Shown here in pieces: positions 57,921-64,000 of a stretch of 64,000 nt of DNA. The translations under genes were made by a program, and so were the position numbers. The number at the start of each line of letters is the position of its first letter. Position 1 is the stretch's first letter. The notes below the pieces were generated by a model. It was not told the origin of the DNA and made no database searches. It was given only the letters and a program-made list of their open reading frames with translations. Source of the stretch: an uncultured bacterium (GTDB taxonomy: Bacteria; Verrucomicrobiota; Verrucomicrobiia; Verrucomicrobiales; DEV007); contig CAXBMO010000024.1 in NCBI GenBank assembly GCA_963977015.1, positions 1 through 64,000 of the forward strand, in the 5' to 3' direction.

Positions 57921-59023
57921 ATGAATACCACCCTTTCTATTCGGCTGGAACTGCTGAGAATCGGCGCGGCGCTGACCGTATTCTGGCCCATTTTTCCTAT
58001 CTCGGCTACAGCGGCCCCGGCTCGGGATTTATGCGGAACTACGGTCACGATGCGGTCATCATTTTCTTTGTCCTTTCCGGATACGTCATCGCCTACGTGT
58101 CGGATCGCCGGCACGGCAATTTCAGGAGCTATTTCTCCGCACGATTGTCGCGCCTTCTCTCAGTCATGCTGCCGGTGATGCTGCTGACGATTCTGCTCGA
58201 TGCAACCGGTTCCAGATTGGATTCCTACGTCTACGGCACCGTGCCGACTGACCGGCCAGTCCAAAGAATTGCGTCCAACTTGTTCTTTCTATCGCAATCA
58301 TTCGGCCACAACCTGAAGTTTTTCTCCAACGGCCCGATGTGGTCCCTCTCTTATGAGTTCTGGTACTACGCGATCTTCGGCCTTTGGGTCTATCTTCCAA
58401 AAGGCAAAGCCAGATTTTTTGGAGTAGCCGCAGCAGCCTGCATCGCCGGCACCAAAATTCTCCTTCTGTTTCCGATCTGGTTGCTCGGAGTCGCCGCCTA
58501 TCACTTGCACCAGCAGAAAAACCTCCGATTCCACGGGTCCGTCACCATTTTGGCCTGGAGTTGCATCGCCATTCTGCTCCTGGCCCTCAATCAAGTTCCC
58601 GGCTTACTTTCGATTCAACAATCTCTCTCCCTGAACGATGGGCTGGGATTTTCAAAATACCTCTATACCGACTATCTCACGGGTTTGGCGGTTTTTGCAG
58701 GAGTCGTCATGTTAAACCCCAGGAGTTCCAAATTGGTCAGCGACAACCTGAAGGCGAACATCCGAAAAATCGCCGGAGCAACCTTTCCCCTGTATCTCCT
58801 TCATGTCCCGCTTATCCTTTTCATTGCGAGTATCACGCCCCAACTGAGTTCTCACCCCCTACTCGCAACGATCTCGGCATTTGTTACGATTTACGTTTGT
58901 TATCGCATCACCCCACTGACTGAGGCTATCAACCGCATTTTTCGAGGCTGGTTCACAGGATTCTCCGCAGGGCTAATGGAACCACCCGAGTTGCAGCCTC
59001 AACCCCCTAACCATGGTCCGTAG
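57921..59023 (+). pseudogene. Acyltransferase-3 (OafA-like) O-acyltransferase with a -1 frameshift near 57981-57983
   Basis: Frame from 57921 gives MNTTLSIRLELLRIGAALTVF; the -1 frame continues LAHFSYLG...FFVLSG, R..RL, WSLSYE, LYLLH. Confidence 0.8.
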
Positions 59024-61310
59024 CATGAAGTCGGCATTAGCATCGCTCTACTCTCTGGCCCTGGCGGCTCCGCGCGATAAGCCGCTACTGCCGCGCGTCA
59101 TTCAGTTTCCGGTCAACGACATCTGCAATTCCAAGTGCCAGATGTGCGAGATCTGGAAGCAGAAGAAGTCGGAAGAAGTATCTCCCGACGCGCTCCGAAG
59201 CATTCTAACCCAACCCCTGTTCCGCGAAGTGCGTGGAATCGGTTTCAACGGCGGCGAGCCAACCCTTCGCCCCGACTTGCCGGAATTGATCGAAGCTGCC
59301 GCGGACACGCTCCCCAAGCTGGGCGGCGTCTCCCTGATTACGAACGCGATTCGGGCACCGCACGTCATTCGGAACATCGACGCCATCGGAAGCCTTCTCA
59401 AGAATCGCGGCATTCACCTTGACGTGATGGTGTCCCTGGACGGAGTCGGTGATGTGCATGACCGAGTGCGCGGGCGGGCAGGAAATTTCGCCAGCGCGGT
59501 GCAGGTTCTCGAACACCTGCGCGACCGCCAACCCGCCGACAGTTTCCGAATCGGTTGCACGATTATTCGGGAAAACGTGCTTCAGGTGGAGGAAGTGTTG
59601 AACTGGGCTCAGGACTTCGGTGTTTACGCCCGTTTCCGGGTCGGAATTCCTCACCAGCGTCTTTATACCGCGGAGAAGGTCGATCCGTTTGCGCTGACTC
59701 AGGGCGAGCGGTTTCACCTCGCAAACTTTCTCCAGACTCTCGAGCAATCCTACGAAACAAATCTGCTGCGCAGGCACTTTTATCACAGTCTGCGTCGTCA
59801 GGTCGCCTATGGGGAGAATCGCACCGCGGGCTGCGATTGGAAGGACCGCGGAGTCACCCTGTTCGCGTCCGGCGACATCGGATACTGCGCCGTCAAGAGT
59901 CGCAACATTGCTTCCCCGCTTCGCGGTGATGACGCCCTCGCGGCCTACCATGCCAACGTCGATCATCTTCGTGAGATCCGCGACAACCATTGTGCAACCT
60001 GTCACCATGATTACGAGGGAATTCCGAATCGCGCATTCTTTATCAAATCCAGGCTGAAACAGAGCAAGGACAAGATTCCAGCTCCTTTGCGATCGCGGGC
60101 GCAGAGTTGGAAGGCGGAATATCACGAACAGCGTTCCAAGCGTCGCCTGCGGCGTCTTTCCAAGCCAGCATCGCCGATTCAACCACATCGAATCCCGAAC
60201 TCCGATCCTCACATCCTCCTTTGCGGCTGGTATGGAACCGAGACGCTCGGCGACCGGGCCATCCTGGCCGGTGTCATCACCGCCATTCGCGAGGCCAATC
60301 CATCCAGCAGGATCACGATTGCGTCTCTGGAGCCCTACGTGACCGAGCAAACCCAGCGGTTGATGCCGGAACTTGAAGGCAGCTCGATCATTTCCTATCC
60401 CGAGGCCCTCACGAATCTGAAATCGTCCGGATTTGATTCCGTGCTGATGGCCGGCGGCCCACTAATGTCTCCGGTGAATGAGTGTCTGGATATCCTGGAA
60501 CTGTTCCATGCCGCCAAATCCAAGGGCATCCCGACCGGACTCTTCGGGGGCGGGGTGGGGCCGCTCCAATCCGGATGGCGATCCGAGATGATCGCGGCGA
60601 TCATCCGCAACAGCGACCACCTTTCGTTTCGCGATTCCCGTTCCCTGGATCTGTCCAGAAAACTGACCGGCGCGGACCTTGACGCCAGCGTCATCCCTGA
60701 CCCATCCCGCTACTGGCTGCGGCGCCATCACGAAGCGCTCAAACGGATCGAACGCGACCCAAAACGCATCCTTTTTGGCCTGCGCGACTGGCATCCCCAG
60801 GTTTATGCCAATGAGTTGAGCGAATCCGAGGGCCAAGCCATCAAGGACACCTTCGAAGCAGAGATCAAGACCTACACCCGGGAAAAACTCGCCTCCGGCT
60901 ATACCATCATTCCGTTCTGTATGCACAAGCAACCGGTGGGCGGAGACGACCGGTTCTATTATCAACGGCTTTTTCAGGACGAACCTGAAATTCTCCGGCA
61001 CCTGGACTGGCAACATCGCCCTCCCGGCGACGACTTTGCCGAGTTTCATCGGGCGTCCTTTGCCCTCACGATGCGATTTCATTCCACGGTCTTTGCCCTC
61101 GAGGCAGAGATTCCCTTTCTGGCGATCGACTACACTCGGGGCGGGAAAGTTGGCGCGCTCTGCGAAGAAAGCGGATTGGCCGACCAATGCCTTCCGATCG
61201 ACCAGATCACTGCCGATTCGCTTCAAAACCCGGTTCCTGATTCAGCACCTCGGAATCCGGATTTGAGTTCCCTTACCGCCTTTGCCGAACATTGCCTTCA
61301 ATCTCACTAA
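59013..61310 (+). CDS. Radical SAM (with SPASM/twitch-like Cys) fused to a polysaccharide pyruvyltransferase (CsaB/WcaK-like)
   Basis: CNSKCQMC, GGEP, SLDG...HD..RG; later GWYG.E.LGD.AIL, GGG, FRD, PDP, MRFHS. Confidence 0.85.
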   Translation: MVRSMKSALASLYSLALAAPRDKPLLPRVIQFPVNDICNSKCQMCEIWKQKKSEEVSPDALRSILTQPLFREVRGIGFNGGEPTLRPDLPELIEAAADTLPKLGGVSLITNAIRAPHVIRNIDAIGSLLKNRGIHLDVMVSLDGVGDVHDRVRGRAGNFASAVQVLEHLRDRQPADSFRIGCTIIRENVLQVEEVLNWAQDFGVYARFRVGIPHQRLYTAEKVDPFALTQGERFHLANFLQTLEQSYETNLLRRHFYHSLRRQVAYGENRTAGCDWKDRGVTLFASGDIGYCAVKSRNIASPLRGDDALAAYHANVDHLREIRDNHCATCHHDYEGIPNRAFFIKSRLKQSKDKIPAPLRSRAQSWKAEYHEQRSKRRLRRLSKPASPIQPHRIPNSDPHILLCGWYGTETLGDRAILAGVITAIREANPSSRITIASLEPYVTEQTQRLMPELEGSSIISYPEALTNLKSSGFDSVLMAGGPLMSPVNECLDILELFHAAKSKGIPTGLFGGGVGPLQSGWRSEMIAAIIRNSDHLSFRDSRSLDLSRKLTGADLDASVIPDPSRYWLRRHHEALKRIERDPKRILFGLRDWHPQVYANELSESEGQAIKDTFEAEIKTYTREKLASGYTIIPFCMHKQPVGGDDRFYYQRLFQDEPEILRHLDWQHRPPGDDFAEFHRASFALTMRFHSTVFALEAEIPFLAIDYTRGGKVGALCEESGLADQCLPIDQITADSLQNPVPDSAPRNPDLSSLTAFAEHCLQSH

Positions 61311-61328
61311 CTACCTACCACTCCTGCC

Positions 61329-62105
61329 ATGCTTGACTCGAATACCCTGTTGGACCTCGCCGAAGCGAACCGGGAATCGTTCCGCTCCGCCGAACCTTTT
61401 CCCCATGTCGTGATCGACAACTTCCTGCCGCTGGATCTTGCCGAGGAAATTCACGATCTGTTCCCTTCCTTCGAGGAAGCGGACCCTCGAACTTATCAGC
61501 GCGAGGAAAACAAGATTGCGACTCGCCCGGACGTTCCGACCTGCCCCGAGCGACTTCGGCAAATCATGTATGCGCTCAATTCTCACGAGATCATTACCCC
61601 CCTGGAGGTGATGACCGGGATCAACGGCCTGTTGCCCGATCCGCACTTTTTTGGCGCCGGACTGCAGCAAACCGGGCCGGGCGGAAAGCTCGGCATTCAC
61701 GTCGATTTCAACAAGCACAAACACCTGCGACTCGACCGCCGGCTCAACCTGCTGATCTATTTCAACAAAGACTGGAAAGAAGAATGGGGCGGACATTTCG
61801 AGCTTTGGGACAAGGACATGACCGCCTGCCAAAAGAAGATCCTGCCGATCTTCAACCGGATGGTGGTTTTCGCCACAACCGACGAATCCTATCACGGTCT
61901 GCCGGATCCGATTCAATGCCCCGAAGGTGAATCCCGGAAATCGCTCATTCTGTTCTTTTATTCCAACGGGCGGGAAGACGGAGCGGCGGAAGTCGGCTGG
62001 ACCCAGCACCAGAAACGTCCCAACGCCCACGATTACAAGTTTGTCGAAAAAGGCCCCTTTCGGCGAAGCATCAACAAGGTCGGACTGATGCTCTCCAATA
62101 TCTGA
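61329..62105 (+). CDS. 2OG-Fe(II) oxygenase (prolyl-hydroxylase-like)
   Basis: PFPHVVIDNFL, HVD, RRLNLLIY, FNRMVVF, SYHG, RKS. Confidence 0.9.
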   Translation: MLDSNTLLDLAEANRESFRSAEPFPHVVIDNFLPLDLAEEIHDLFPSFEEADPRTYQREENKIATRPDVPTCPERLRQIMYALNSHEIITPLEVMTGINGLLPDPHFFGAGLQQTGPGGKLGIHVDFNKHKHLRLDRRLNLLIYFNKDWKEEWGGHFELWDKDMTACQKKILPIFNRMVVFATTDESYHGLPDPIQCPEGESRKSLILFFYSNGREDGAAEVGWTQHQKRPNAHDYKFVEKGPFRRSINKVGLMLSNI

Positions 62106-62114
62106 TCTCCAATC

Positions 62115-62933
62115 ATGAACACCGAAGACTACATCGCCCAGCTTAAGAAGAACGGCTTCGTGGTGATTTCCAAGGTCATCGCGGAAGACCGGCTTCTGGC
62201 CCTGCGAAACCTGACCGATCGCATCATGGCCTACGCCGATCGTGGCCTGGAGGATCCCTTCGCGCCCTACTATCTTCCGCATCGGAGCGACCAAGGCGTC
62301 CTCTATGACCTGTTCCACCGGCATCCGGAGTTCCAGGAAGCAGCCAGGCTCCCCCAAATGCTGGACGTTCTCGAAGGCGTTCTCGGCCCGAACATCTTTC
62401 TCTATGAGAACAGCCTGGTTTCCAAGCCCAAAGGCCGCTCCAACGGAGTCCCGTGGCATCAGGACTTCATGTCACGACCTGACGAGCCGAAAAAGTACAT
62501 TACCTGGATCGCGCTCGACGATGTCCGCGTGGAGAACGGAGCTCTCCGGGTGATCCCCGGTTCGCACCTGAACGGCTACGTTCCGTATCACGTCGTTCCC
62601 GGCGAAACCCACCACACCCGGGCCAACCCCGACACAGTCGACGAGTCACAAGCGGTCCATGTGGAAATGGACGCTGGTTCCGGATTCATCTTCGACTGTC
62701 AGATTCTTCACGGCAGCGATGAGGTTCACGCCGATTCCCCGCGCCGGGCTTTCCGGGTTTCCTACCAGGGTTTCGAACAGATCTACACTCCACGGGCCAC
62801 TCCAATCGTGGTCCGCGGCGGAGATCCTGAAGACTTGGGACGACTCTTCCCCAATAAGCCTATCGCACCAAGAAAACGGTCAGCTACGATCAGAGCCCTC
62901 AACAAGATCGGTAGAGTCTTGGCGCGGGTTTAG
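62115..62933 (+). CDS. Phytanoyl-CoA dioxygenase (PhyH)-family 2OG-Fe(II) oxygenase
   Basis: NGFVV, WHQD, WIALDD...ENG.L..IPGSH, LHGS, RRA. Confidence 0.9.
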   Translation: MNTEDYIAQLKKNGFVVISKVIAEDRLLALRNLTDRIMAYADRGLEDPFAPYYLPHRSDQGVLYDLFHRHPEFQEAARLPQMLDVLEGVLGPNIFLYENSLVSKPKGRSNGVPWHQDFMSRPDEPKKYITWIALDDVRVENGALRVIPGSHLNGYVPYHVVPGETHHTRANPDTVDESQAVHVEMDAGSGFIFDCQILHGSDEVHADSPRRAFRVSYQGFEQIYTPRATPIVVRGGDPEDLGRLFPNKPIAPRKRSATIRALNKIGRVLARV

Positions 62934-62949
62934 CAATTCCGGCATCCTT

Positions 62950-64000
62950 ATGAGAGCTCTGCACATTAACTTCAGCGACACCCAAGGTGGAGCCTCAGTC
63001 GCCGCGTGGAGAACACACCGCGCGTTGCGAGAAATTGGAGTCGATTCGTTGATGGCAGTTCTCGATAAACAATCTTCGAGTGAACATGTTTATCCGCTGC
63101 TCCAATCCCGCTCACATCAAAGATGGAGTACGTTTCAGGATAAAGCGGAGCGGGGCCTTGCCAAAGCCTTGGGGCTGAGAGGAAAGGCCGCGTGTGGTCG
63201 CCACGGGGGCTGGATCCCCTCGCTCACGGCGGAGCGAATCAATAGTTTTGAGGCAGACATCGTTCACCTTCATTGGATCAACCACGGCGTGATCAGTGTT
63301 CCAGAACTCCTTCAAATCCAGGCTCCCATCGTTTGGACACTTCACGACATGTGGCCATTTAGTTGTGGTTACAACTACCTTGGCTCGTTTCAAAATGATC
63401 CAATCGGACTGTCTCAATACCAACAGTCGTTTTTTGGCAGCCTTAACCTCAGGCTCAAACGGCAATCCATCCACCGAAAGGACATTCGATTCATTGCACC
63501 TTCCCAGTGGATCGCGTCAGAACTCTTGGAATCAGAACTAGCCCCGTCATCCAATATTTCTATCATTCCCAACGGCCTCGACGTCGACCAGTTCTCTTGT
63601 CATCCAAACAAGAAAGAGCAATTCCGCAATGAGCTAGGCCTCCCAACTGGCCGCAAGCTAATCCTGGCAGGAGCGGTCGGGCTCAACGCAGATCGAAGAA
63701 AAGGCTTCGACCTCCTATTGCAGTCTCTCAACGTGATTCAAAATTCGACCGCATTTTCGACAAAACCCGCGTTGGTTGTCTTTGGGAACGACGAGTCGAT
63801 ACATAAGTTCGATTTCAGTGGAATCGATGTTTTTGCCCTGGGCAAAATCTCAAATGAAGAAGACCTAATCAAACTCTATAACGGTTGCGATTGTTTCGCC
63901 CTCCCGTCACGGGAAGACAACTTGCCCAACGTGATTCTGGAAAGTTTTGCCTGCGGACTTCCATGCGTTGGATTTCGAGTCGGAGGGGTTCAGGAGATGA
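62950..64000 (+). CDS. GT4 glycosyltransferase (WcaC-like), runs off the window; absent from the ORF track
   Basis: My translation: MRALHINFSDTQGGASVAA, VHLHW, WTLHDMW, RKG, PSREDNLPNVILESFACGLP. Confidence 0.92.
   Translation, partial: MRALHINFSDTQGGASVAAWRTHRALREIGVDSLMAVLDKQSSSEHVYPLLQSRSHQRWSTFQDKAERGLAKALGLRGKAACGRHGGWIPSLTAERINSFEADIVHLHWINHGVISVPELLQIQAPIVWTLHDMWPFSCGYNYLGSFQNDPIGLSQYQQSFFGSLNLRLKRQSIHRKDIRFIAPSQWIASELLESELAPSSNISIIPNGLDVDQFSCHPNKKEQFRNELGLPTGRKLILAGAVGLNADRRKGFDLLLQSLNVIQNSTAFSTKPALVVFGNDESIHKFDFSGIDVFALGKISNEEDLIKLYNGCDCFALPSREDNLPNVILESFACGLPCVGFRVGGVQEM

Noticed and set aside
1-64000. CRISPR arrays, tRNA/rRNA genes, transposases, integrases, reverse transcriptase
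   Set aside because: None recognised by eye in the intergenic regions or ORF translations; very short or degenerate elements could have been missed.

Overview
Gene-dense, GC-rich bacterial chromosome segment with about 65 CDS. The gene repertoire (sulfatase, PQQ-type beta-propeller, NHL protein, many SD-less starts) suggests the PVC superphylum, probably Verrucomicrobiota; this is an inference. Most of the window is housekeeping or metabolic: menH, menB, ruvA, xylA, surE, mtnP, a stand-alone fusA, dinB, two cyclophilins and an alpha-carbonic anhydrase. It also holds a Cus-type heavy-metal RND operon and the start of a surface-polysaccharide locus (GbsR-type regulator, RfaH-like antiterminator, hldE kinase, gmhA, wzx, tailoring enzymes). 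Five observations stand out. (1) A compact four-gene type VII secretion (ESX)-like operon at 42064-47030: two W-x-D WXG100-like proteins, an elongated WXG100-like protein and a membrane-anchored FtsK/EssC-like ATPase, in a diderm genome, directly downstream of a TolC + periplasmic-adaptor pair with no adjacent RND pump. (2) An unannotated ~214-nt rod-shaped RNA (6S-like candidate) at 31007-31220. (3) A radical SAM-pyruvyltransferase fusion plus two 2OG-Fe(II) oxygenases that share a C-terminal tail, inside the polysaccharide locus. (4) A one-base frameshift in the O-acyltransferase of that locus. (5) A terminator and an ops/JUMPstart-like sequence downstream of the RfaH-like gene. No tRNA, rRNA, CRISPR array or transposase was recognised. 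All calls come from motif reading by eye; no searches were run.
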